From a virus, in the IMG/VR virus record IMGVR_UViG_3300008108_000036: 64,000 nt of DNA; one strand, given 5' to 3'. Under the pieces are notes generated by a model that worked only from the letters and a program-made list of their open reading frames with translations, searched no databases and was not told the DNA's origin. A program made the translations under genes and the position numbers. Shown here piece by piece: positions 38,343-48,797 of this stretch. Position 1 is the stretch's first letter; each line of letters starts with the position of its first letter.

Positions 38343-38983
38343 GATTTAATAAATGATTTTATTTGCTCAATAAAATAAGAATCTTTTGTTATATCGCCTT
38401 GAATAACATTGATATCAGTTTGTGTATTTAAAAACGTTTCGATTTTTTCTTTTTTGCTTTTAATTCTTTTTGCTATTGACTCCTCATTCTCTGACCAATT
38501 TTTCATGGAGCTTGTTAATACTTCGTTATCAGAGCGTTTTAAATATATGTATTTTACAGTGCGATATAATTTATTTAATATATTTAAAAAATTTAAATTT
38601 TCATACATGTCCCATCTAATCTCTTTAAATCCTGTAATTTGTTGGTTATAATATGTAGTTAAAGTTTTAATTAATTTATAATTTAACGTTTCATATGCAT
38701 CGCAATTATGGTACATTTCATTACCAATATAATAGTCAACTCCAGCTATTTGTGTTTGCAATTTAGCATCGGCCACTGTTTTTATGCTTTTTTTTATATG
38801 AGGGTGGTTAGAAATATGAGTTAAAAATTCATTTAAACAATCAATAGTTTTTAATAAACTTAAAGTTGTACCCATATCCTCTCCATAAATTGTAGTATTA
38901 CAATCTCTGTTAAGTTGATTCATAACAAACGTAGACCCACATCTCCCAACGCCCATTATTATAACAAACGTCGAGTTTATCAT
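38339..38983 (-). CDS. sulfotransferase (P-loop, Sulfotransfer_3-like)
   Basis: IMGVGRCGSTF, GFKEIR, YIYLKR. Confidence 0.75.
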   Translation of the reverse strand: MINSTFVIIMGVGRCGSTFVMNQLNRDCNTTIYGEDMGTTLSLLKTIDCLNEFLTHISNHPHIKKSIKTVADAKLQTQIAGVDYYIGNEMYHNCDAYETLNYKLIKTLTTYYNQQITGFKEIRWDMYENLNFLNILNKLYRTVKYIYLKRSDNEVLTSSMKNWSENEESIAKRIKSKKEKIETFLNTQTDINVIQGDITKDSYFIEQIKSFIKS

Positions 38984-40842
38984 AAATAATGATCTAAGCA
39001 AAGAGGATATTTGTTAATTTGTGCTTCAACTTGACTGGGAGACATTTTCCATATATGGCCCATTCCGCCATCAATATCTGACGCTGCACAATCAGCATTA
39101 ATATCTACGCACGGGTAGTTTAAAAACTTCAATTGCACTTCCGGATCGCTTTTTGGATCACAGCACATAGATATAAACTTATCAGCAGGAGCTATAATAC
39201 TGTTAGGTTCGTATACTTTGCAAGGTTGTTTAATTTTCTGTTGTTTTGCTATTAATTTCACGTTTGGTGGATCATAGTGATACACATGCTCTAAAAACTT
39301 AGGTTGTTGAGTTGCTCTAATTAATTTTTTAGCTCCCTCAAGACTAACAATATAACTTTCAGTTCCATGAAAAATTACTCTATGCTCTGGTTTTACATAG
39401 CTAAACCTTTTATTCAATTGAATAAATTCGTATGCCTCTATATTTACTGGCATACGATTTAAAAATTTGTTTAAAGAATGAGTATCAACATCATCTTCAA
39501 CCACGAGAACATGTGATAACTTTTGTTGTACAATTTGTTCCCAAATTAAATAATGGCTTAAATAACATCCTACTGCTCCATTTGCTCCTTTAAAATACAT
39601 AGAATAAGTAATGGTAGAAGGTCTTACTACGAGATTATAATCTAGACACAATTCGGGAGTTTTCCGAGTATCAATGGCGCTAAATTCTTGAATAAAAGGT
39701 ATGTCCGAATTAATTTTTTTCCATCTCTCACGGTTGTCTTTAAGTGTAACGCAAACTCCATGTTCTATAGATTTGTTTGGAATAAACTTAACATTGAATT
39801 CAGAAGTTTTATAAAAAACTTTATAAGGAGTTCTTTGAACAGATGCAAGAGGCTGATGACAAATTAGTCTGTTAGATATATTAGATTTTGATTTATTTGC
39901 TAATTCGTAGTTTTTAGTCCTTTCGTCGTCATTATGAGGTAAATGTTTGATAAACAGACTAGCGTCTGGCCAGATTACTTCTTTCATTCTTGGCTTGGTT
40001 TCTATTATTCTTCTACTCAAATCTAAATCATCAAATCCCCAACCATTTAAATCTTCTCTGTAGTAAACAAAGTCCTTTTTATCACAAAAAAGCAATCCGC
40101 TCATCGAATGACCGAATCTCCAATCTCCTCTAATAAAGTAACATTCTGAACTATCGTATACTGCATTATCAAGTCTGGTAATCCAGGAAGAATCAACGCA
40201 CAAGTGATCACAGTCTATTTTTAATAATTTATCACACGACGCAAAATCTGCTGCCAAATTGTAAGCCTTGCCTAAATTGAAGTGATTTTCTTCTTCGACT
40301 CTAACTATAATGATTTTTTGATGTTTGGCCCATTCTTTAATCAAAGAAAGTTCGGATAAAGGAATTTTAGAATTAAAATCTACGATTATATATTCTTTAA
40401 TTTGAGGTATATCAAACCATGTTGGTAAAGTTTGAATCAAGTGTTCGTGACGGTCCATGCATGCTACGATTAAAGAAGCTTCTATTTTAGAAGTTTTTAC
40501 GTGATTTTTTATTATAATACTTTGTTCTGTTGTTGTTTCATTCTCAGCAAACCATTGCTGTAATTCATTCACCGCTTCTACCCACATTTGATCTAATGAG
40601 TGTTCGGTTGGTTCGCCGTCTTTGTATAGTTTGTTTAAGACATATTTTACTAAGCTTGGTTTATTTAACTGCTTTGCAGTGATTCCGCATAAAATTAAAG
40701 TTTCTTTTTGAGAACTTTGTGTTTCTATAAACTGCTCTAATTCTTTTTGGTCTTCTTTAAGTCGTATTATGTTGTTTAACACGACGTCATAAACATCAGA
40801 AGTCTCTAACGTTTTATTTACAATTTGATCAACATTTTTCAT
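38980..40842 (-). CDS. multidomain glycosyltransferase (GT2/GT7C plus GT25)
   Basis: ACMDRHEHL, KIDCD, GWGFDDLD; GAVGCYLSHY..VVEDD. Confidence 0.85.
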   Translation of the reverse strand: MKNVDQIVNKTLETSDVYDVVLNNIIRLKEDQKELEQFIETQSSQKETLILCGITAKQLNKPSLVKYVLNKLYKDGEPTEHSLDQMWVEAVNELQQWFAENETTTEQSIIIKNHVKTSKIEASLIVACMDRHEHLIQTLPTWFDIPQIKEYIIVDFNSKIPLSELSLIKEWAKHQKIIIVRVEEENHFNLGKAYNLAADFASCDKLLKIDCDHLCVDSSWITRLDNAVYDSSECYFIRGDWRFGHSMSGLLFCDKKDFVYYREDLNGWGFDDLDLSRRIIETKPRMKEVIWPDASLFIKHLPHNDDERTKNYELANKSKSNISNRLICHQPLASVQRTPYKVFYKTSEFNVKFIPNKSIEHGVCVTLKDNRERWKKINSDIPFIQEFSAIDTRKTPELCLDYNLVVRPSTITYSMYFKGANGAVGCYLSHYLIWEQIVQQKLSHVLVVEDDVDTHSLNKFLNRMPVNIEAYEFIQLNKRFSYVKPEHRVIFHGTESYIVSLEGAKKLIRATQQPKFLEHVYHYDPPNVKLIAKQQKIKQPCKVYEPNSIIAPADKFISMCCDPKSDPEVQLKFLNYPCVDINADCAASDIDGGMGHIWKMSPSQVEAQINKYPLCLDHYL

Positions 40843-40847
40843 AAAAA

Positions 40848-40876
40848 TTATTAAATCGAAATTGGCATTTTGTCAA
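40848..40876 (-). promoter_or_regulatory. sigma70-type promoter for the leftward glycan operon
   Basis: TTGACA-17 nt-TAATAA, 5 nt before ATG. Confidence 0.6.
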
Positions 40877-40893
40877 CTAATATCTTTATGTGT

Positions 40894-40922
40894 TTGACCT
40901 TAATCAGACCATAGCTTAAGTT
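40894..40922 (+). promoter_or_regulatory. sigma70-type promoter for clpC and the rightward glycan operon
   Basis: TTGACC-17 nt-TAAGTT, 7 nt before ATG. Confidence 0.55.
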
Positions 40923-40929
40923 ATGTTAA

Positions 40930-43437
40930 ATGTCTCAAAATTTTACTCCACGTGCTCAGCAAGCCTTAGCTTTAGCAAGAAAAGAAGCTGAAAATTTAAA
41001 TCACACTTACATAGGAACAGAACACTTGTTGCTAGGATTTTTAAAACTAGGTCAAGGATTAGCATTAAAAGTATTACAAGAGTTAGGAGTAACTATAGAA
41101 ATTGTTTACGAGATAATTAAAAATAATTCTTCTGAAAATAATAACTCGCTACTAAATTCTAAAAAAGAGAATATCCCGATTACACCTAGAGTTAAGAAGG
41201 TTTTACATTTAGCGGAAAAAGAGTCTAAAAAAATGGGCCATACATATGTTGGAACGGAACATTTATTGCTAGGATTATTGAAAGAAACTGAGGGAGCTGC
41301 TGCAACAATTCTACAGCAAGAGTTTAATATTAATTACGAAAAAGCAAAAGAGCAAATACTAAAAGAGATCGATCCGAACTATCAAAGCAATGAACCTGTA
41401 CTAGCTGGTCAAGAAAATTTTCAAAAATCAAGCTCATCAAAAAAATCTACAGCACTTAAAACATACGGAAAAGATCTAACAGAATTAGCAAAAAACGGAA
41501 AGCTCGATCCTGTTATAGGTAGAGTAAATGAAATCGAAAGGACTATTCAAATTCTTTGCAGAAGAACAAAAAATAATCCAGTTTTAATAGGAGAAGCTGG
41601 TGTTGGCAAAACAGCTATTGCTGAAGGATTAGCACAAAAAATTATATCAAATAATGTTCCTGAGTTACTGTTAAATAAACAAGTTATTACATTAGATTTA
41701 GCTTTATTGGTTGCAGGAACTATGTATAGAGGTCAATTTGAAGAAAGATTGAAAACTGTAATGAATGAAGTAAAGAAAAACGGAAATGTTATTTTGTTTA
41801 TAGACGAGCTACATACAATCGTAGGAGCAGGATCCGCTTCAGGGTCAATGGACGTTTCTAATATTTTTAAGCCTGCTTTAAGTAGAGGTGAACTTCAAAT
41901 CATTGGAGCAACTACGTTAAATGAATATAGAAAGTATATAGAAAAAGATACTGCGCTGGAAAGAAGGTTCCAGCAAGTTAAAATTGAGGCTCCGAGCGTC
42001 AATGACGCTATTCAGATTTTAAAAGGAATCAAACATAAGTACGAAGAGCATCATAAAGTTATATATACAGACGAGGCACTAGAATCAGCATCACTGTTGT
42101 CGGATAGATATATTTCTGATAGATTTTTGCCAGATAAAGCAATCGATTTAATCGATGAAGCAGGATCTAGAGCAAGAATTAACTCCACAATAAAGCCCCA
42201 AGATTTTACTACCTTAGAAAATTCTATTACAGAATTAAAAGCTAAAAAACAAGAAGCAATTAAAAATCAGGAGTTTGAAAAGGCCGCAGCTACGAGAGAT
42301 CAAGAGCGTAGAGCTACTGAATCGTTAGCTGAAGCTCTAAACAAATGGAAGAAAACTAACAAAGAAAATATCGTTACGGTGAATAAAGAGGATATTATAA
42401 CTGTATTATCTAAATGGACAGGAATCCCTTTGTCGAGAATCGATGAAAAGGAAGCAGAAAAATTATTACAGTTAGAACAAACTCTAGAAAAGCGAATTAT
42501 CGGTCAAGAGGAAGCAATAAAAGCTGTGAGTACAGCAATTCGTAGAGCTAGAGCGGATTTAAAAGATCCAAAACGTCCTATAGGCACTTTTTTATTTTTA
42601 GGTCCTACAGGAGTCGGTAAAACATTTTTAGCAAAAAATATTGCTGAATTAATTTTTGGCAATAAAGATTCGCTTATTCAAATTGATATGAGCGAATATA
42701 TGGAAAAATTTTCAGTTTCCAGATTAATAGGATCTCCTCCTGGTTATATCGGTCATGAAGAAGGAGGACAATTAACAGAGAAAGTCAGAAAAAATCCTTA
42801 TTCTGTAGTTCTATTTGATGAAATAGAAAAAGCTCATCCTGATGCTCTACATTTGTTATTGCAAATATTCGAAGAAGGAATTGTTACGGATTCGCTTGGT
42901 AGAAAAATAGATTTTAAAAATACAATTGTAATTCTCACTTCAAATGTTGGAGCTACCTTTGCTTCAAAACAAACTAACTTGGGATTTGGAGTAAAAAATG
43001 AACCAAACACGAATTATGAGACAATGAAAGAAAAAACTATGAGCGAAGTTAGGTCTTTTTTTAAGCCAGAACTTTTAAATCGAATGGATAGCATTGTTGT
43101 TTTTAAATCTTTAACTACAGAAAACATTAAATTAATAGTTCAATTAGAGGCTTTGTGTTTAATTAATCGATTAAAAGAAAACAAACAAATTACGTTAATT
43201 CTTGATGAGTTAGCTGTAGAATTTATTGCAGAAAAGGGTTCTAAAAACGAATATGGCGCTCGTCCGATTAGAAGAGCGATTGAAACTTATTTGGAAAATG
43301 CAATAGCCGAAAAAATCTTAAGCGGTGCTATAAAGAACAAAGAAACAGTAATTGCGACCGTATCGGCTGACAATAAAAATAATATAACTCTATTAAAAAA
43401 TCAAAATAAAAAACAACGTAAAAAGAATTATTTTTAA
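40930..43437 (+). CDS. clpC: ATP-dependent Clp protease ATP-binding subunit ClpC
   Basis: Two Clp-N repeats (GTEHLLLG), Walker A GEAGVGKT and GPTGVGKT, UVR-like QEFEKAA, LGF ClpP-docking loop, GARP. Confidence 0.95.
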   Translation: MSQNFTPRAQQALALARKEAENLNHTYIGTEHLLLGFLKLGQGLALKVLQELGVTIEIVYEIIKNNSSENNNSLLNSKKENIPITPRVKKVLHLAEKESKKMGHTYVGTEHLLLGLLKETEGAAATILQQEFNINYEKAKEQILKEIDPNYQSNEPVLAGQENFQKSSSSKKSTALKTYGKDLTELAKNGKLDPVIGRVNEIERTIQILCRRTKNNPVLIGEAGVGKTAIAEGLAQKIISNNVPELLLNKQVITLDLALLVAGTMYRGQFEERLKTVMNEVKKNGNVILFIDELHTIVGAGSASGSMDVSNIFKPALSRGELQIIGATTLNEYRKYIEKDTALERRFQQVKIEAPSVNDAIQILKGIKHKYEEHHKVIYTDEALESASLLSDRYISDRFLPDKAIDLIDEAGSRARINSTIKPQDFTTLENSITELKAKKQEAIKNQEFEKAAATRDQERRATESLAEALNKWKKTNKENIVTVNKEDIITVLSKWTGIPLSRIDEKEAEKLLQLEQTLEKRIIGQEEAIKAVSTAIRRARADLKDPKRPIGTFLFLGPTGVGKTFLAKNIAELIFGNKDSLIQIDMSEYMEKFSVSRLIGSPPGYIGHEEGGQLTEKVRKNPYSVVLFDEIEKAHPDALHLLLQIFEEGIVTDSLGRKIDFKNTIVILTSNVGATFASKQTNLGFGVKNEPNTNYETMKEKTMSEVRSFFKPELLNRMDSIVVFKSLTTENIKLIVQLEALCLINRLKENKQITLILDELAVEFIAEKGSKNEYGARPIRRAIETYLENAIAEKILSGAIKNKETVIATVSADNKNNITLLKNQNKKQRKKNYF

Positions 43438-44231
43438 TGAAAATAAGCGCAAACGAAATAACAGCCATTACTAATAAAATTAAAGAAGATGTCGTTGTTA
43501 TAACGTTCGTTGATTTCAAATATATTGAAATATTTAGAATATTTTACAAATTTTGGAAAACCCACGAGTTAAATAATTTGATTGTCGTTTGCTTAGATGA
43601 AAAAACAAAACAAGAAATCGAGAAGTTATGCATTCCATGCATTTATTTTAAATATGTTGTCTCTTGCAAACCAGAATTCTGGGCAATTCGTTTAGATATT
43701 ATTAACTCTATTTTTACAAGTTCAAAAAAAACGTTAATACATACCGACGTTGATTGCTTTTGGATTAAAAATATAATACCTTTACTAAGTTGCTTTGAAC
43801 AAGATGTAATATATTCAACTGGAAACGAATATCCCAAGCACCTAGCAGAAAAATACGGTTTTGTATTGTGTTGTGGGTTTTTTGTAATAAAATATAAGGA
43901 AAATACTAAAAATTTTTTTAATAATATAATACAAAATCATATAAAAAATACGTCCAAGCTAATAGACGATCAAATAGCAACCAATGAGTGGATTTTTTCT
44001 AAAGTTGCTTCTATTTCTCTAATCGATCAGCCTTCAAAAAAACATCCTTCACAAAATATCAACATAAGAGACGTTTCGATAGTTGGTCTTCATAGAGGAT
44101 TGATAACAAGGTGGACAAATCCACCTAAGTGGGCAATCGATGAGTGTTATTGTTACCATCCGTACTTAACCGGCAATATATCAGATCGCTTATTTCAGCT
44201 TGAACATTTAACTTCTTTATATAATTGTTAA
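43437..44231 (+). CDS. nucleotide-diphospho-sugar transferase (GT77-like)
   Basis: VVCLD, HTDVDCFW, CCGFF, DDQ. Confidence 0.75.
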   Translation: MKISANEITAITNKIKEDVVVITFVDFKYIEIFRIFYKFWKTHELNNLIVVCLDEKTKQEIEKLCIPCIYFKYVVSCKPEFWAIRLDIINSIFTSSKKTLIHTDVDCFWIKNIIPLLSCFEQDVIYSTGNEYPKHLAEKYGFVLCCGFFVIKYKENTKNFFNNIIQNHIKNTSKLIDDQIATNEWIFSKVASISLIDQPSKKHPSQNINIRDVSIVGLHRGLITRWTNPPKWAIDECYCYHPYLTGNISDRLFQLEHLTSLYNC

Positions 44232-44244
44232 CACCATTTAATTT

Positions 44245-44451
44245 ATGAAAACCATTGTAAACCATAATAAGAAAGAAATATTAACTATATTAAAAGCGGA
44301 ATTAAATAAAAAATATACCAAAACATTTAGCATTGCTCTTCAAGAACTATTTAAAAAGTTGTACAAAGAAAAAACTACGAAAAATCACAGCAATACGACT
44401 CTGAAAAACATATTGAATGAGATACTATCTACTACAAAAAATAAAAAATAA
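44245..44451 (+). CDS. small basic hypothetical protein
   Basis: ORF within the operon. Confidence 0.4.
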   Translation: MKTIVNHNKKEILTILKAELNKKYTKTFSIALQELFKKLYKEKTTKNHSNTTLKNILNEILSTTKNKK

Positions 44452-44457
44452 TTAGGA

Positions 44458-45315
44458 GTGACTATTCAGCCTAAACTTGTAACGGTAATCACTGCTGCTA
44501 AAAACAGTAAGTCTGTAATTAAGCGATGCATAAATTCTGTAGCTAACCAAACATATAAGCATATAGAACACATAATTGTGTTAGGAAAGTCAACAGATGG
44601 AACTAATAATGTTATTGACAGTTATATGTTAGCTAATCCGCAACATAATATACGTATCTTATATGAATCAGCACCTGGTATTTATCCTGCGTTAAACTAT
44701 GCAATTCGGAAATCGAAAGGTAAGTTCTTATTAATTTTAGGATCTGATGATTGGTTAGAACCTTTTTGTATACAAGAATTACTCGACGCTATACAGCAAA
44801 ATCGGTCCGATTTTGCTGTAGGTTATGCGAAAATAATCGACCCTAGTATACAAAAACTCGATAAAATTTTTAAAATATCGGAATTTGATGAACGAATCCT
44901 TATGGGCTTGATGCCGTTTTGTCATCAAGCCTTATTGGCTTCTAAAGAATGTTTTGATGTTTGCGGCTTATTTAACGAACAACTAACAATTGCTTCAGAT
45001 TATCAATGGATTAAACTTTTATTTTTACAAAAAATGAAAATGGCTGTAGTCCATAAGTGTGTAGTAAACTTTTATAAAGGAGGAATTTCGGATTTAAATG
45101 ACCAGTTAGCAGTAAATGAAATGATTTCTTGTATTCAAGATCAATATAATGTAAAATACGAAAATGCGAAATCTTTGTTGGATTTATTATTAGGAGAAGA
45201 ACGTATAAATAAATCCAATATAACTTCTTTAATCAAAGAGTTAACTGACGTAAATGCTGTTAAGTCTATAGCGTTGCTTTTAATGGAACAATTAGATAAA
45301 GTAAAAATACTATAA
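44458..45315 (+). CDS. glycosyltransferase family 2
   Basis: CINSVANQTY..STDGT..GIYPALN..GSDD..HQA..IASDY. Confidence 0.9.
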   Translation: MTIQPKLVTVITAAKNSKSVIKRCINSVANQTYKHIEHIIVLGKSTDGTNNVIDSYMLANPQHNIRILYESAPGIYPALNYAIRKSKGKFLLILGSDDWLEPFCIQELLDAIQQNRSDFAVGYAKIIDPSIQKLDKIFKISEFDERILMGLMPFCHQALLASKECFDVCGLFNEQLTIASDYQWIKLLFLQKMKMAVVHKCVVNFYKGGISDLNDQLAVNEMISCIQDQYNVKYENAKSLLDLLLGEERINKSNITSLIKELTDVNAVKSIALLLMEQLDKVKIL

Positions 45316-45328
45316 CCAAACGTTTGAA

Positions 45329-46183
45329 ATGAAATGTCATGAATTAACTCAACAACAAGTTTTAGTGTTTTGGGGACAAAAATGTGGAGCTACGTGTCTT
45401 AAAGAAATAATAATGCACTTAGATAGCTCCGGAAGCTTTTTTGATAATGGTGGAAACGACGATGTTACACATCAAATTTACGAGGTTTTTTATAAAAACC
45501 AACCAAACTATAAAGATGTAGATTATTATAAAAATCACAAAATAGTCTTTTTTGGTAGAAATCCATATCACCGAATTGTTTCATTGTATTTAGATAAATA
45601 TGTCGCGATTGATTCACCTACTCCTGAAATTAATCGAAACACGAACACTTTTAGAGAATTTATAGAGCATATATACAATGTGGGGTTTTTTTCGGAGAAC
45701 TCGCAGATTGAAATTTTTGATGGATTTTTTCCTATAACTACTGGTGAGTCCTTTTTGTTTTTTGAAGAACTTCTAATTAAACAAACACATGCGGTCTTTT
45801 ATCTTCTTCCGGACTTTTGGTTGCCTGATGGAAAATTAATTCACGACCCCGCTAATTTACGATCGTTATATGATATGGCGGGAGAAAAAATATTATTCGA
45901 AGAAATAGCAGATAGATTAACAGAAGCGTGGAATTATAAAAGCTGTTGTTTGAAATTAGCAACCAACTGTTCTGATCGTTTCGATTTTGACTGCAGCAAG
46001 AAACGTATGTGTGATTACACGGTAGCTGAATTAAGAAATGTTTTAAAAATAACTAAATTTGATGCTATGAGTTTCTTTACGAAAGAGTTGGTTGATATGT
46101 TTAATGTGCTTTATCAAACAGAACTAGCTTTTTACGATAGGAACAAAATGAGCTTTTGTAGCCTTTTAACTCATATAAAGTAA
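45329..46183 (+). CDS. sulfotransferase family 2-like
   Basis: QKCGATCL, RNPYHRIVSLYLDK. Confidence 0.7.
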   Translation: MKCHELTQQQVLVFWGQKCGATCLKEIIMHLDSSGSFFDNGGNDDVTHQIYEVFYKNQPNYKDVDYYKNHKIVFFGRNPYHRIVSLYLDKYVAIDSPTPEINRNTNTFREFIEHIYNVGFFSENSQIEIFDGFFPITTGESFLFFEELLIKQTHAVFYLLPDFWLPDGKLIHDPANLRSLYDMAGEKILFEEIADRLTEAWNYKSCCLKLATNCSDRFDFDCSKKRMCDYTVAELRNVLKITKFDAMSFFTKELVDMFNVLYQTELAFYDRNKMSFCSLLTHIK

Positions 46184-46191
46184 TTAACTAA

Positions 46192-47382
46192 ATGAAGCAA
46201 AATCTACAAATAGCTGTCTCTTTTGATGAAACATATATAGATCAATTTCTAACTGTTGTAAATAACATTTACACGTTACACAAACAATACACAAATCCGT
46301 CACGCTGCAGCAATGATTTATTAAATATAACAGATACGCTAGAATTTTTTGTTTGCTATGATGGCAATTTATCTAATTTGCCTGCCATACAAAGCTATAT
46401 TACGTCTATTTTTCCAACGATAATTTTTAATTATAAACATGTTCCGACTGAATGCAAGGAAATTTATAAATTTTTGGTTGAAAACTATCCGTTCAGTAGA
46501 TCGAGAAATACTCTGCAAACCTGTTCTGTGTATTATAGACTATTTTTGGATACAATTTGGCCTACACTAGATGGATTAGTGTTACAGATTGATTTAGATT
46601 TAGTTTTTAAGCAACCGGTAAAATCTTTGTTTCAACTAGTATACGACATGAGCAAAACAACTAAGCATAGCTTATATGCGTGCGAATGGCCTGCCATTCA
46701 GTGCTGGGATTTTAAACTTTCAACGTTAGGACCTAACGAACAACAAGAATGGATACCAATTAGAGGAAAAACTATTCTTCAATATTATGTGGATAAGTGG
46801 TTTAAATGGTTTATCGAATGCTCTCGTACATTAAATACGCCTATTAATTACTTAGACTATTGTACTGATTTAAGCACAAAAAACGCAATACATTTTAATG
46901 CTGGAGTATTAATGTTTGATCTTACCGAATATAGACGAAATAATATCCAGCAAATTTGTAAAGATTGTGTCGTTATTCAGAAAAAATTTCATACTTTTTT
47001 TCATAACGATCAAGGACTTTTAAATTTTGTGTTTTTTAACAAAGTTGGAATAATACCAAAATCGTGGAACTTGACTGATTACGGTTGTGGTTATTATTAT
47101 CTTCTTCATCCGACTCCCGAAATTCAAAAAGAGTTTAAAGAAGCTAACATAATACATTTTAATGGGCAGTATAAACCTTGGCAACATACAGATAACATTC
47201 CTTTACATGCTTTAGAATTGTGGAAAACGTACGAACTAAGCTGTTTGAAAAATATCATACTAACTAAAGTTGCGGAAATTCCTAAACATTATAACGTAAA
47301 TTCAAATTTTAAAGAGCAGCTAATTTCAAATTTAACAAAAGTCCAAAAAAATCTTACACAAAATGACAAAATCCCCAATTAA
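46192..47382 (+). CDS. glycosyltransferase family 8
   Basis: YYRLF, IDLD, FNAGVL, DQGLLN, IIHFNGQYKPW. Confidence 0.9.
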   Translation: MKQNLQIAVSFDETYIDQFLTVVNNIYTLHKQYTNPSRCSNDLLNITDTLEFFVCYDGNLSNLPAIQSYITSIFPTIIFNYKHVPTECKEIYKFLVENYPFSRSRNTLQTCSVYYRLFLDTIWPTLDGLVLQIDLDLVFKQPVKSLFQLVYDMSKTTKHSLYACEWPAIQCWDFKLSTLGPNEQQEWIPIRGKTILQYYVDKWFKWFIECSRTLNTPINYLDYCTDLSTKNAIHFNAGVLMFDLTEYRRNNIQQICKDCVVIQKKFHTFFHNDQGLLNFVFFNKVGIIPKSWNLTDYGCGYYYLLHPTPEIQKEFKEANIIHFNGQYKPWQHTDNIPLHALELWKTYELSCLKNIILTKVAEIPKHYNVNSNFKEQLISNLTKVQKNLTQNDKIPN

Positions 47383-48790
47383 CTTTTTATTTATTATTGC
47401 TGAAGATGTAGGAATAGGGGATTATTCATGTTACAATAATTACAGTAAAATTAAAACAAAAAACGTAGAAGATTTAGCAAACGGTGGAGTAATTTTTACA
47501 AACGCTCATTCGACAGCAGCATTGTGTGCTCCTGCTAGATATTCGCTTCTGACCGGCAATTATCCTAATAGACAAAGATTAGGCAATAAAGGAGAGTGGG
47601 GATTTGATGTCTCATCTTCTATTACTCCTAATCAAAAAACGTTAGCGAATATTTTGCAACAAAATGGTTATCGAACTGGTCTTTTTGGCAAGACGGGAAT
47701 AGGAGGATTATACAACAAGACAGAAACAGGAGAAATAGACTGGACAGCTCCAATGGTAGATGGTCCATCTAATTGGGGATTTGATTATTCGTTTATCATA
47801 CCTCGTGGTCATCAATGGCTTCCTTTAATCTTTTTGGAAAATAATATTCCAACTTGCGACCCTAAAACCTTAATCAGAGGTCAGCAAGCAATAGAATTTG
47901 CTAGACAAAAAAAATGTGTTGGTGGAGGCAATGAACAGCATTTTTTAAATTGGCTTGATTATGTTGATCCTAATTTTGAATTATCAAAAATTGGAGAGAC
48001 TCTCTTAACTAAAGTAGAAAAATTTTTAGATACAACCGATATGGCAAAACCGTTTTTTATGCATTTTTGTTGTGATGGAGCACATTCTCCTCACGACCCC
48101 CCTCAAACGATAAGAGGGAACGAGATATTAAATACGTGTATTAATAGACGAGACGACATGGTTTATGAAACAGATGTGCTTTTAGGAGAATTACGTAAAA
48201 TTTTAAAAACGAGAGGTCTTGAAGAAAACACAGTCATATGCTTCAGTTCGGATCACGGAGCTGTCAGTGGCGATAAAGGAAATATGCATTTAAGAGACGG
48301 GAAAAGCACAATCTACGAGGGAGGAGTGAGAGTTCCTTTGATTGTTAATTATCCTTCTAAATTTTTGCAAGGAAAAGTGTGTGAAGATTTAGTTTGTGCT
48401 ATGGATATTTTACCAACCTTTTTAGATCTTATTGAAGTACAGATTAACGAAGATGAAATGCTGGATGCGAAAAGTCTAATTCCTCTTCTTACAACAAATT
48501 CGCTTGAGCCTAACAGAAAGCATTTATTAATCAATCATGCTCACTGTTGTATAAACGAAACGAAAAACGAATGGGGAGGAGCAAGCTCGATTTATTACTT
48601 AAACTGGAAATTAATATTTGCTGGGGATGTACTGGTAGGTAACCATCCAATTGCATTATATGATTTAGAAGCAGATTCTTCTGAAACAACAAATTTGATA
48701 GACCAAGACCATTTAAAACAAACAATAGAGGAGTTGACTAGCTTAAGAACTCTTTTAAATTATAGTGTAAACACAAGAGTAACCCCTTAA
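47363..48790 (+). CDS. arylsulfatase (formylglycine-dependent)
   Basis: AEDVGIGD, CAPARYSLLTG (CxPxR), GYRTGLFGK, SDHG, YEGGVRVP. Confidence 0.9.
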   Translation: MTKSPINFLFIIAEDVGIGDYSCYNNYSKIKTKNVEDLANGGVIFTNAHSTAALCAPARYSLLTGNYPNRQRLGNKGEWGFDVSSSITPNQKTLANILQQNGYRTGLFGKTGIGGLYNKTETGEIDWTAPMVDGPSNWGFDYSFIIPRGHQWLPLIFLENNIPTCDPKTLIRGQQAIEFARQKKCVGGGNEQHFLNWLDYVDPNFELSKIGETLLTKVEKFLDTTDMAKPFFMHFCCDGAHSPHDPPQTIRGNEILNTCINRRDDMVYETDVLLGELRKILKTRGLEENTVICFSSDHGAVSGDKGNMHLRDGKSTIYEGGVRVPLIVNYPSKFLQGKVCEDLVCAMDILPTFLDLIEVQINEDEMLDAKSLIPLLTTNSLEPNRKHLLINHAHCCINETKNEWGGASSIYYLNWKLIFAGDVLVGNHPIALYDLEADSSETTNLIDQDHLKQTIEELTSLRTLLNYSVNTRVTP

Positions 48791-48797
48791 GTTATCT

